DNA from: Zetaproteobacteria bacterium
GTDB lineage: Bacteria; Pseudomonadota; Zetaproteobacteria; Mariprofundales; Mariprofundaceae
DNA: 44,279 nt
Direction: 5' to 3'
NCBI GenBank assembly: GCA_003233235.1
Contig: QILF01000012.1
Location: forward strand, 1-44,279
The first letter of the stretch is position 1. Every line of letters starts with the position of its first letter. The notes under the pieces were generated by a model. That model made no database searches. It saw only the letters and a program-made list of their open reading frames with translations, and was not told the DNA's origin. A program made the position numbers and the translations under genes. Below, one piece after another: positions 19,212-27,362 of the stretch.

Positions 19212-19343
19212 TGAGAACCTCAGTGATACGACTTATGCAGCAGAACTACACATGTCATCCGGTATGCCTTTACCCGCCTAGATAAGTGAAATATCATGGC
19301 GCAAATAGTATCCTATCAAGACTGAACCATACAGGAATCCTTT

Positions 19344-19898
19344 ATGCCAGAAAAACAGCCTCAACATTTTTCCAATACATTTCTCGGAATCACCCTTGTC
19401 GGACTGCTCATCACCCTCTTTGGCGGAGCCGGAGTGATGTATTATTTGGGTGTATTCACAACCGTTGAGGTTACCCAGCAGACAGCCCCTTCTTATCGTA
19501 TTGCATATCTGTTTCATACCGGCCCCTATAACGAAATCGAGCCTTCCATCAAGCAGGCGGGGGAATATCTGAATAAGGCGGGAATTAAAACGGACACGCC
19601 ATGCGCCATACTGCTGGATGACACCGGTTCGGTGGCCGCTGCCAAGCGCCGCAGCAAGGTCGGATATCTAGTCAAGCGCGGTGATTTTATACCCGTCCAA
19701 TTAGATGAGGAAATTTTTCCGCCACGGAACGTGGTTCGGGTTGTCTTTTCTGGCGGCACCCTACTCGGATCCTACAAGGCCTACGAAGGAATGAAGGCAT
19801 GGGCGAAAGACCATCATTTCACACTTGTGCTGCCGGCTATCGAGATTTATCACCCAGACGGTGGAACCGAATATCAGCTAGGCATCATCCGCCCATGA
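19344..19898 (+). CDS. Membrane-anchored GyrI-like / SOUL-like small-molecule-binding domain protein
   Basis: 184 aa with an N-terminal TM helix followed by a GyrI-like pattern: YRIAYLFHTGPYNEI, ...AILLDD..., and EIYHPDGGTEYQLGI. Confidence 0.45.
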   Translation: MPEKQPQHFSNTFLGITLVGLLITLFGGAGVMYYLGVFTTVEVTQQTAPSYRIAYLFHTGPYNEIEPSIKQAGEYLNKAGIKTDTPCAILLDDTGSVAAAKRRSKVGYLVKRGDFIPVQLDEEIFPPRNVVRVVFSGGTLLGSYKAYEGMKAWAKDHHFTLVLPAIEIYHPDGGTEYQLGIIRP

Positions 19899-20112
19899 TC
19901 TTTCCGTTACAGACTGGGCCAATCGCATGAACATCTATCTATCTACAGTCCCGGCTAACCAACGGCATTCCCGCCAATATGGTAGCCGGAGCCATCATAT
20001 TGTATTCATCTCTTCGGCGAGCGCGCTCACACAGGTATAAGCCGACCGGATTTGCAAATCATCGGATATTGTTGCACTCGGTCAACACCCCCATGCAAAT
20101 CAGGGCAAAAAG

Positions 20113-20271
20113 GAGCCACTTGCAAAAGTCTGGGTGGATGAGTTGCAATCCCACTTCGAGTGCGATTTTGAGTTGGAATAAGGTGAATGGTGGTTCCATT
20201 TCAAAAGTCCAACTCAAAATCGCGCCGCAGTGGGGAAGTAAATCGCCGCTCACGACTTTTGCAAGTGGCTC
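20113..20271. repeat. 159-bp nested imperfect palindrome (MITE/REP-like) between convergent transcription units
   Basis: The outer inverted repeat is a perfect 18 bp: gagccacttgcaaaagtc (20113-20130) and gacttttgcaagtggctc (20254-20271). The inner inverted repeat is a perfect 16 bp: gcgattttgagttgga (20162-20177) and tccaactcaaaatcgc (20208-20223). A central aatgg/ccatt pair completes it. Confidence 0.7.
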
Positions 20272-20322
20272 AAAGGATCATCGAATTTACACAGAAAGAT
20301 TTACAGGCTGCCGAGCCCTGTA

Positions 20323-20445
20323 TTATTTTGGAATATGGGAAAGCAAATAAAATAAGAACCAGCCGAACACCACCAAGGCAAGTACCATACCACCTATATT
20401 CTTCTTTCGTTCCCTCTGTTTTTCTTCACTGATCTGATTATTCAT
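20323..20445 (-). CDS. Possible small single-TM protein at the tail of the cox operon (below the ORF-track cutoff)
   Basis: The ATG at 20445 is preceded by aaggataatccg. The 40-aa product is MNNQISEEKQRERKKNIGGMVLALVVFGWFLFYLLSHIPK*. It starts 25 nt after the stop of the PCuAC-Sel1 gene. Confidence 0.3.
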   Translation of the reverse strand: MNNQISEEKQRERKKNIGGMVLALVVFGWFLFYLLSHIPK

Positions 20446-20470
20446 CGGATTATCCTTTTATTCTGGGGTA

Positions 20471-21367
20471 TTAATGCATCGCTGAACTGCGTTTGACCTT
20501 CATGTCGTAAGGCATGTCCTTCCACAAGGTTTCCGCTCTGCTTTTCGCTTCCATCAACTGCTGCCTAGAAATTTTACCGCTCATCACCTTGAGATTGTCT
20601 TTGGCATATCGGTCACCAAGCGTGGTCGCCAGCCAGAACCATATGGTCGCTTCCACATAATCCTGCTCGCCGCCGTCACCAAAGGCATACATCCTGCCGA
20701 GATAAAACTGCGCCTTCGGATGCCCCTGTAGGGCCGACTTGCGTAGCCAGCCCCTTGCTTGCGAAAAATTCTTTTTCACACCTTCACCCCGCGCATACAT
20801 CAAACCCAGCTGATATTGTGCCTGCCTGTTCCCCTGCTCCGCAGCCTGTTGAAACAGCGCCAAGGCTTCTGCTGAATGACCTTTCCCAAGTTGCGCCATA
20901 GCCCGTTCGGACACGCCCTGAGCAATATTCTGCACGGGGCGCATATCACGCACATCAGCAATTATTTCCAAATCCTTTCCCGATGCGAAATGCAGCGCCA
21001 TACGGGTCGTTTGTCCCTGATGCAGTTCCCGCTTCAAGCCGAGCAGCATGATGTGCATTCCGAAGGGCTCAAGTTTGACAACCCCATTGGCGGGAATCGT
21101 TAGCGTCGATATCTTTTCCATACGCGTTTGACCGCCCTGTCGAATCACCGTATGAAACTCCGCAGTATCGGCCACGTCGATGGTCAAGCCAACCATGACA
21201 GCATCCTTATCACCATCATTATGCAAGTTCATATAAACTGCAGCGGTATCGGCCACCGATGGTGGCATACGCACCCATGCATGTGTCACGCTCACTTCAG
21301 CGTATGCGTAACCGACAAATAACAGGCTTGCAGTACACATAGCCAAGCCATTTACAATGTTTCTCAA
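20471..21367 (-). CDS. Periplasmic copper chaperone PCu(A)C domain fused to Sel1-like repeats
   Basis: 298 aa with signal peptide ...LLFVGYAYA|E. There is an exact H-x10-M-x21-H-x-M PCuAC motif (FHTVIRQGGQTRM...GMHIM). The C-terminal half has Sel1/TPR-like repeats (AQYQLGLMYARGEGVKKNFSQARGWLRKSALQGHPKAQFYLGRMYAFGDG). A TTG start is preceded by gagg. Confidence 0.8.
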   Translation of the reverse strand: MRNIVNGLAMCTASLLFVGYAYAEVSVTHAWVRMPPSVADTAAVYMNLHNDGDKDAVMVGLTIDVADTAEFHTVIRQGGQTRMEKISTLTIPANGVVKLEPFGMHIMLLGLKRELHQGQTTRMALHFASGKDLEIIADVRDMRPVQNIAQGVSERAMAQLGKGHSAEALALFQQAAEQGNRQAQYQLGLMYARGEGVKKNFSQARGWLRKSALQGHPKAQFYLGRMYAFGDGGEQDYVEATIWFWLATTLGDRYAKDNLKVMSGKISRQQLMEAKSRAETLWKDMPYDMKVKRSSAMH

Positions 21368-21435
21368 GGCAGCCTCACAATAACAAACAAAATGTTCGCC
21401 TTCTCAAATTGTCCATGTATGCGGTACGTATGGAT

Positions 21436-22329
21436 TTACAAGGAATCAATCACCATCACGCCGAACAACAAAATCAGATAGATGATGGAATAAGCGAAAA
21501 CACGCATATCACATGCCCGTTCCGAAAACAGGAAGCGGATAGCGATGAAAAGAAAAATCGCGCCTAACAACAGCGATACGGCAAGATAATATATGCCGGA
21601 CATCGCATAGACATAAGGCAATGCAACAACCGGAATCAACGCAAACGTGTAGAGAGCGATACGAATCTTTGTCGCTTTCACACCACAGGCAACGGGAATC
21701 ACCGGCACCTTTGCACGTGCATAATCCGAGCGGTACTTCAATGCCAAGCTCAAAGCATGCGGCTGTTGCCAGACCACCATAATGGCAAATAAAATCCACG
21801 CCGGAGCCGCCAGTTCACCAGTAGCAGCAGCATAACCAACCATCGGCGGTACCGCACCGGCAATGCCGCCAAACTGATTAGCCCACGGCGACGTACGTTT
21901 TAACCACATGGTATAAACACCCACATAACCAATCACGCCGACAGCCGTCACCTCTGCCGCCAGAAGATTCACTGTCAAGCCCATCAACATCAACGATGGG
22001 AGGATCAACAACAAACCGACAAACAAAATAGTATGTTCTGAGGCCCGGCCACATGCGAGGGGGCGCATGCGAGTGCGCATCATCAACCTGTCAATATCAC
22101 GATCATAATAATTATTGAGCATACAGGAACCAGCGGTTGCCAACCCCAATGTCAAAAATGTCCAGAAAATCATATGCCAATCCGGTAACACACCGTGACT
22201 GCCGAAATAAATACCTGTCAGGGCAGCCACAAGGGTAAGACCGACGATACCCGGCTTGGCAAGCTCTACCAAATCTTTTAGGAAGGTTCTTGAATCGCTA
22301 TTCGCAAATTCGATGACTTTATCTATCAT
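21436..22329 (-). CDS. ctaB: Protoheme IX farnesyltransferase (heme O synthase)
   Basis: UbiA-family polytopic protein with NNYYDRDIDRLMMRT (the NxxxDxxxD-type motif). I place the start at ATG 22329 with SD ggagga; the ORF track starts at TTG 22356. Confidence 0.88.
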   Translation of the reverse strand: MIDKVIEFANSDSRTFLKDLVELAKPGIVGLTLVAALTGIYFGSHGVLPDWHMIFWTFLTLGLATAGSCMLNNYYDRDIDRLMMRTRMRPLACGRASEHTILFVGLLLILPSLMLMGLTVNLLAAEVTAVGVIGYVGVYTMWLKRTSPWANQFGGIAGAVPPMVGYAAATGELAAPAWILFAIMVVWQQPHALSLALKYRSDYARAKVPVIPVACGVKATKIRIALYTFALIPVVALPYVYAMSGIYYLAVSLLLGAIFLFIAIRFLFSERACDMRVFAYSIIYLILLFGVMVIDSL

Positions 22330-22417
22330 ACCATTTCCTCCGCTATAAATATTCAATCCGGCTCAGATTGTACTGCTCTGCCGCATCTCCCCACACAACA
22401 GGATTGTATGAAGTAAT

Positions 22418-22452
22418 AGATGCACGCCCAGAGGGCTTAGAGGCGTGCATCT
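22418..22452 (-). other. Intercistronic 11-bp perfect-stem hairpin between coxI and ctaB
   Basis: agatgcacgcc (22418-22428) pairs with ggcgtgcatct (22442-22452) around a 13-nt loop. No U-run follows, so it is more likely a processing or stability element, or a weak attenuator, than a strong terminator. Confidence 0.4.
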
Positions 22453-22495
22453 ACCACCACCCATATGAGACCTGCGCACAGGCCAGATTCAGGCT

Positions 22496-24163
22496 TTAGC
22501 TATTCGAAGCGACAGTTATGTATGTCGGCTTCGGATTGTCGATGTAGTTGTACGGATGCCAATCTTCGACAACTTCCACCGGAGACGGGAAGTTACCCTG
22601 TCCGGCAATAAGCGCGGCCGATGTCCATTCCAGCGATTGCGATCCCCACGGATTCTGCGACGACTTCTTGCCCTTGAGCATACCGTGAATCCATGCTACC
22701 AGCATCAGCAATACGGCCAGGAAGGTGATGTAAGCGCCAATCGTGGACCAGTACTGCGCGTTGACGATGGTGGGATTATCGGCAAACTGCTGATAATCCA
22801 TGTAGCGGCGCGGCATACCCTCAATACCGGCGAAATACAACGGTGCCATCACCACATTCATGCCAATAAAGAAGGTAATGCCGGAGAGCTTGGTTAAGAA
22901 CTCATTGCAGATACGCCCGGTCAGTTTCGGGAACCAGTAAAACACGGCCCCAAAAGTGGCCATGGTACCCGCCACCGCCATCACATAGTGGAAATGGCTC
23001 ATAACGACATAAGAATCCGAAATGCCGTAGTCGATCGAAGACAGAGCGTTCGGAATGCCGGTCAAACCACCGAAAATCAGCATCACCCAAGCACCCAGAG
23101 CCCAGATCATCGGGCCGGAATAGCGGATAGCGCCCTTGTACAGCGTACCCACCAGACTCAGCATCAACAGGCCGAACGGTAGTGAAATCAGCAATGTCGT
23201 AAATGACTGTAATACACGCAGCCAGTCCGGCAGCCCCGCCACGAAGGCGTGATGCACCCATACATCGCCACCAGCCGGAATAAAGGCCAGCACGGCAAAG
23301 ACCGTCGCCTTGTAACTGAACACCATATTCTTGGCTGACGCCGAGAATATTTCAAAAATGATGCCCATGAACGGTAGCAGAATCACGTACACGGCCGGAT
23401 GCGAATAGAACCAGAACAGGTTCTGATACAACAGCACATCACCGCCCGTTTCCGGATTGTAAAACCCGAATCCGAGATAACGATCCAGCGACAATAGCAA
23501 TACCGATGCAGCCAGCACCGGCACGAAGATCAACTGAATGATATTAGCAGTAAATACACACCAGGCCGTCATCGGCATCTGGAACCAACCCATGCCCTTG
23601 CAGCGCATGAAAGCTACGGTACAAGCCAGATTTACCGCGCCGAACACGGATGACATGCCAAGCACAATGACCACCAGTGAATACAACGCCGTGTTGCCTG
23701 CCGCATCCGAGGTGGAATATGGCGGATAGCCGGTCCACATGCCGTTGAAGTGATCTGGAATCACTAAATTGGCTAGGGCCAGCAGAATGCCGCTCCACAG
23801 CAGCCACACACTCATGGCATTCACACGCGGGAATGCCATATCCTTGGCTCCGATCATGATGGGTACAGCATAGTTGGCCACAAAACCCAACAGTGCCGGA
23901 ATCTGGAAGCCCAGAATCATCACCGCACCGTGCATGGTCAACCATAGATTATAGACGTTGCCATCGCCGGTAATGTCCGGCCCAATACTGCCCAATTCGA
24001 TACGCATCAACATGGCGGCGAGGCCGGCCACGGCAAAAGATGCGATAGAACCAATCAGATACCAGACGCCGATAACCTTGTGATCCAGTGTAAACAACCA
24101 TTCTTTAACTGTTTTTGGCCAACCGGGTTTACCGTTTGGCTCATGTCCCATGATTACGCCCAT
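22496..24163 (-). CDS. ctaD: Heme-copper oxidase subunit I (A-family-like, YS/A2-type motif, K-channel Lys absent)
   Basis: 555 aa with all six canonical His: LTMHGAV, WFYSHPAVY, VHHAF and SHFHYV. The Tyr of HPAVY is present, and the D-channel entrance KDMAFPRVN is present. The SD aggaggg lies in the end of coxII. Confidence 0.88.
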   Translation of the reverse strand: MGVIMGHEPNGKPGWPKTVKEWLFTLDHKVIGVWYLIGSIASFAVAGLAAMLMRIELGSIGPDITGDGNVYNLWLTMHGAVMILGFQIPALLGFVANYAVPIMIGAKDMAFPRVNAMSVWLLWSGILLALANLVIPDHFNGMWTGYPPYSTSDAAGNTALYSLVVIVLGMSSVFGAVNLACTVAFMRCKGMGWFQMPMTAWCVFTANIIQLIFVPVLAASVLLLSLDRYLGFGFYNPETGGDVLLYQNLFWFYSHPAVYVILLPFMGIIFEIFSASAKNMVFSYKATVFAVLAFIPAGGDVWVHHAFVAGLPDWLRVLQSFTTLLISLPFGLLMLSLVGTLYKGAIRYSGPMIWALGAWVMLIFGGLTGIPNALSSIDYGISDSYVVMSHFHYVMAVAGTMATFGAVFYWFPKLTGRICNEFLTKLSGITFFIGMNVVMAPLYFAGIEGMPRRYMDYQQFADNPTIVNAQYWSTIGAYITFLAVLLMLVAWIHGMLKGKKSSQNPWGSQSLEWTSAALIAGQGNFPSPVEVVEDWHPYNYIDNPKPTYITVASNS

Positions 24164-24166
24164 GAT

Positions 24167-24994
24167 TTATCCCTCCTGTCCTTTATTGATTTTACTGGCC
24201 GCGATATTTTTAATCGCCTTGCCAACCGTTGTACTGGCAATCCGATGTCCCGACTCCGCCTTGGCATCCGCGAGGGCACTGACCATCCATGCATCGTAAT
24301 TGGCCTGTTTCATCACGATAAGCTTGCCGTACATCCTAGAGTGATTCGCGCCGCAGTATTCACGGCAGGTAATCACCGATTCGCCAACCTTGACCGGCAT
24401 GATCCATTCCCAAGTCACACGGCCCGGCATCACATCCTCGGTCACGTGGTAACCGTTCAGGTAATGGGAATGTATGACATCGTCACTGGTCATGCGAAAC
24501 ACGACCGGCTTGCCGACCGGCACGCGCAGTTCGTTGTCCGTATCCACGCCGTTGCCGTAGTCATAATTCCAGTTCCACATGGAGGCGGTTACCTTGATGG
24601 TCTGAGCATGGGCCGGCACTTCGCGCATCTGGTTGTGCAGATCGAAGGCCTTGACAAACAGAAACAGGTCATCCCCCAGAAACAGCATGCAGGGGAGCAC
24701 GACCCAGCCGATGATGGCCTGTGCCGAAAGCTTGGGCGATTTACCAACCTGATTATGCTCTGTCCTTCTGTACCTGAATAGAAAAAATAGAGCTATGGCA
24801 AAGTAAATTGCGCCGATAATCGTGATGTCCCACATCACCTCCGACCACATTTCATTCCAGTGGGCTTGCGGCGTCAAACCCTCATAATTATTTTTGGTCG
24901 CTATCTCCATCTGGAATGCATAGGCCAGCGTGGGAATCAAAGGCAGTGCAAGCAATGCTCCCAACGCTTTATAGCTTAACGATTTTATTTTCAT
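24167..24994 (-). CDS. ctaC: Heme-copper oxidase subunit II with CuA centre
   Basis: 275 aa with a signal/TM segment plus a second TM helix. CuA ligands are TSDDVIHSH ... CREYCGANHSRM. No c-type heme motif is present. Confidence 0.88.
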   Translation of the reverse strand: MKIKSLSYKALGALLALPLIPTLAYAFQMEIATKNNYEGLTPQAHWNEMWSEVMWDITIIGAIYFAIALFFLFRYRRTEHNQVGKSPKLSAQAIIGWVVLPCMLFLGDDLFLFVKAFDLHNQMREVPAHAQTIKVTASMWNWNYDYGNGVDTDNELRVPVGKPVVFRMTSDDVIHSHYLNGYHVTEDVMPGRVTWEWIMPVKVGESVITCREYCGANHSRMYGKLIVMKQANYDAWMVSALADAKAESGHRIASTTVGKAIKNIAASKINKGQEG

Positions 24995-25067
24995 CTCTTT
25001 CCCTCCTGTATTTCTATGTTTCTAATATTTAGCAAACAAGCATACTATTTTTATTTTCTTATTACCG

Positions 25068-25976
25068 TCATACAGTCAATTTCTCATTTTCCAATCGTTC
25101 TCTCTTGCGTTTGGTAATGGTAAAACCGCCGACTATTAGTGTCATGCCAGCCACCAGTCCCCCAAGGGCCACAAACAGGGGGATATTGAGCTTGTATTTT
25201 CCATCCTTATAGTTGTAGCTGTGGCACGCAGCCACTACAAAATCAATGATATTCACCGGAGAAATCTCTCCGCCCATCGCCTTGGTAATCGCCAACTCCA
25301 CATCATCCGCATCCACCTTTCCGGCATAGAGATAGCGTGTGATCTGACCTGTAGGCGAAAGTACGGTGTACACATTCGGATGCAAAAAGATACGATCCCT
25401 TGGTGACCAAAAAAACTTGAAGCCAATCGAATTGGCAAGACGGTCAATATCTTTCCGATTATCCATCGTTGCCATGAACCACCCTTGCGGCAACTGCGCA
25501 AACCCCATCTTCTTCTGGAATTTATGCATCGTTGCCGGCGTATCATGCGGATCAAAGGATACGGTCAAAACATTGTAGTCTTTACCCAACTTCCAGCGGT
25601 CTACACCTTTCAGAGTATTGGCCAGCGTGTGGTTAATCACCGAGCAGGCCCCGTCGCAAGTGTAGTATGAGAGTACCAGAATCAGCGGCTTATCGGGCAA
25701 ATCACCCAACCTGAAACTGTTTCCATTTGCATCCTTCAGCATATAATCCCCGGCAACCTTCCCACCCAGGAAATCTTTCTCCTTGATTTGAAATATCTTG
25801 AGATCAATCTGCGATTCCGTAGTTACATTTCCGTAGGCTGCCTGCGCAAACTCCGGAAACAGGGCCACACCACTCCCCATAACAGCAAACAGGCAAGCCA
25901 GCGCCGGAAACAGCCGAAGCTGATTCCGGCGCGGCACAGAACTGCTCCGCATGAAAGATATGAGTGAATTACACAT
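25068..25976 (-). CDS. SCO/SenC-family copper chaperone with an extra C-terminal TM segment
   Basis: It has CxxxC in YYTCDGACSV within a thioredoxin-like core, an N-terminal signal/anchor (LFPALACLFAVMGSGVALF), and a C-terminal TM helix (PLFVALGGLVAGMTLIVGGF) followed by a basic tail. The start is uncertain: 25976 or 25952. The track start at 26033 overlaps cox3. Confidence 0.75.
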   Translation of the reverse strand: MCNSLISFMRSSSVPRRNQLRLFPALACLFAVMGSGVALFPEFAQAAYGNVTTESQIDLKIFQIKEKDFLGGKVAGDYMLKDANGNSFRLGDLPDKPLILVLSYYTCDGACSVINHTLANTLKGVDRWKLGKDYNVLTVSFDPHDTPATMHKFQKKMGFAQLPQGWFMATMDNRKDIDRLANSIGFKFFWSPRDRIFLHPNVYTVLSPTGQITRYLYAGKVDADDVELAITKAMGGEISPVNIIDFVVAACHSYNYKDGKYKLNIPLFVALGGLVAGMTLIVGGFTITKRKRERLENEKLTV

Positions 25977-25995
25977 AGCTACAGACTGTCCATGC

Positions 25996-26751
25996 TTACC
26001 AGTAGTAAACCTGCAACAGCACCCAGAGGCCAAGTGAATTCACGAAATGGACATACATTGTCATGGCGCGCGTGTAGGAAAAACTCATCCTACCCTTAAG
26101 GGCACTCGGCAGGCAGGTCAACATCACCAGCAGGCCAATCACGATATGAGCCATATGAATACCGGTAAGGCCGTAAAGTGCGGTTGCGTAGGCATTCACA
26201 CCGATGGTAAAGCCCTCACTTGCCAGATGGTTCCAGTCGGAAATAACCATCACCATGAAGACCCCCCAAATCACAATGGATAACAATACCATTTTGACAA
26301 AACCGGATGAATCGCCCTCCATCTCCCGCTTACGCGCCAGACCGATTGTGATACTGGAAACAACCAGAATAATGGTTGCAATCAACGGTATTGACGCATC
26401 AATCGTTGGCGTATCCGCAGGCGGCCATACTGGCGCACCCAGACGCATAACCCAGTAACCGGCCAGAATAGCGCCAATGGTCATAATCTCGGTACCGATG
26501 AACATGAACATGGCCGACGGACTCCAGCCTTCATCATCAATTACACCAATCGTTTCACCAGCCCAGCCGAGACCTCCGGCTATACCCAAAGCAGCACCAA
26601 TGACTAAACAGACCAGTGCAGCTGTTGGCTGTTCGTAGTTAAATTGCAGCATGAATGCCCATGGCAAAAACAATCCCGTACCGAATCCCACCATCATGGG
26701 AAACGGACTGGTATGCCAATGGGCAGTATAATGTTTAATTTCTTCGCTCAT
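25996..26751 (-). CDS. ctaE: Cytochrome oxidase subunit III family protein
   Basis: 251 aa with about 7 TM helices. LTGIHMAHIVIGLL parallels the GFHGLHVIIG motif, and the C-terminal VHFVNSLGLWVLLQVYYW parallels WHFVDVVWLFLY. Confidence 0.75.
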   Translation of the reverse strand: MSEEIKHYTAHWHTSPFPMMVGFGTGLFLPWAFMLQFNYEQPTAALVCLVIGAALGIAGGLGWAGETIGVIDDEGWSPSAMFMFIGTEIMTIGAILAGYWVMRLGAPVWPPADTPTIDASIPLIATIILVVSSITIGLARKREMEGDSSGFVKMVLLSIVIWGVFMVMVISDWNHLASEGFTIGVNAYATALYGLTGIHMAHIVIGLLVMLTCLPSALKGRMSFSYTRAMTMYVHFVNSLGLWVLLQVYYW

Positions 26752-26768
26752 TTTATACCCTCCTCCTT

Positions 26769-27152
26769 TTATTTCAGGCTTTTCAGAAAGGCAATGACAG
26801 CATCTGCGTCCGCGCCTGTGACATGTTGCGGTTGCATCTTGGTTTTCGCCTTCTTGTTGCCAGTCAGCTTCTTGACCGCCTTCTTGCTATTGTCAATCCA
26901 TGCACGCAGATTCTCTTCGTTCCACGTCCATGCATCACCTTTAATATATTTGGTAAATTTATATTTGAAACCAGGCTGCGTACCGGCCTTGCGACCAAAA
27001 ACACCCTTCAGCCCCGGACCAACGTTGTTTTTCTCGGTAAATTTATGGCAAGCCTTACATTTCACCTCTGGCCCGGCATAAGCATCTGATACTGGCAACA
27101 TCGAAAACACCAATACGACAGCACTAATCATTAATAATAGTTTTCTTATCAC
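26769..27152 (-). CDS. Class I c-type cytochrome (likely electron donor to the oxidase)
   Basis: 127 aa with signal peptide ...PVSDAYA|G and the heme motif CKACH. A GTG start is preceded by ggaggg. It is the first gene of the operon. Confidence 0.8.
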   Translation of the reverse strand: MIRKLLLMISAVVLVFSMLPVSDAYAGPEVKCKACHKFTEKNNVGPGLKGVFGRKAGTQPGFKYKFTKYIKGDAWTWNEENLRAWIDNSKKAVKKLTGNKKAKTKMQPQHVTGADADAVIAFLKSLK

Positions 27153-27202
27153 TTTCCCTCCTTTTAATTCTATTCTTCATGCACTCTAAGGTGTCCCACT
27201 CA

Positions 27203-27232
27203 AATTACCACAATTTCAATTACCACAATTTC
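27203..27232. repeat. Perfect tandem 15-bp direct repeat in the cox-operon promoter region
   Basis: aattaccacaatttc occurs twice (27203-27217 and 27218-27232), 51-80 nt upstream of the cytochrome c start. A second pair of direct repeats, attcccctgtt / attccccctgtt, lies at about 27281-27306. Confidence 0.6.
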
Positions 27233-27362
27233 TGAATGGTGAAACTTAATACCCACATAAGGTTGATGTCAAGTACATCTTTATTCCCCTGTTCATTCCC
27301 CCTGTTGTTGCCAGCAATCTACTGGCTAAATCAACACCAAACCTGATACCCGACAGCATCGT

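Noticed and set aside
19979-20350. 123-aa ORF on the plus strand.
   Set aside because: It runs straight through the 159-bp nested palindrome, has no RBS or recognisable domain, and its sequence is dictated by the repeat symmetry.
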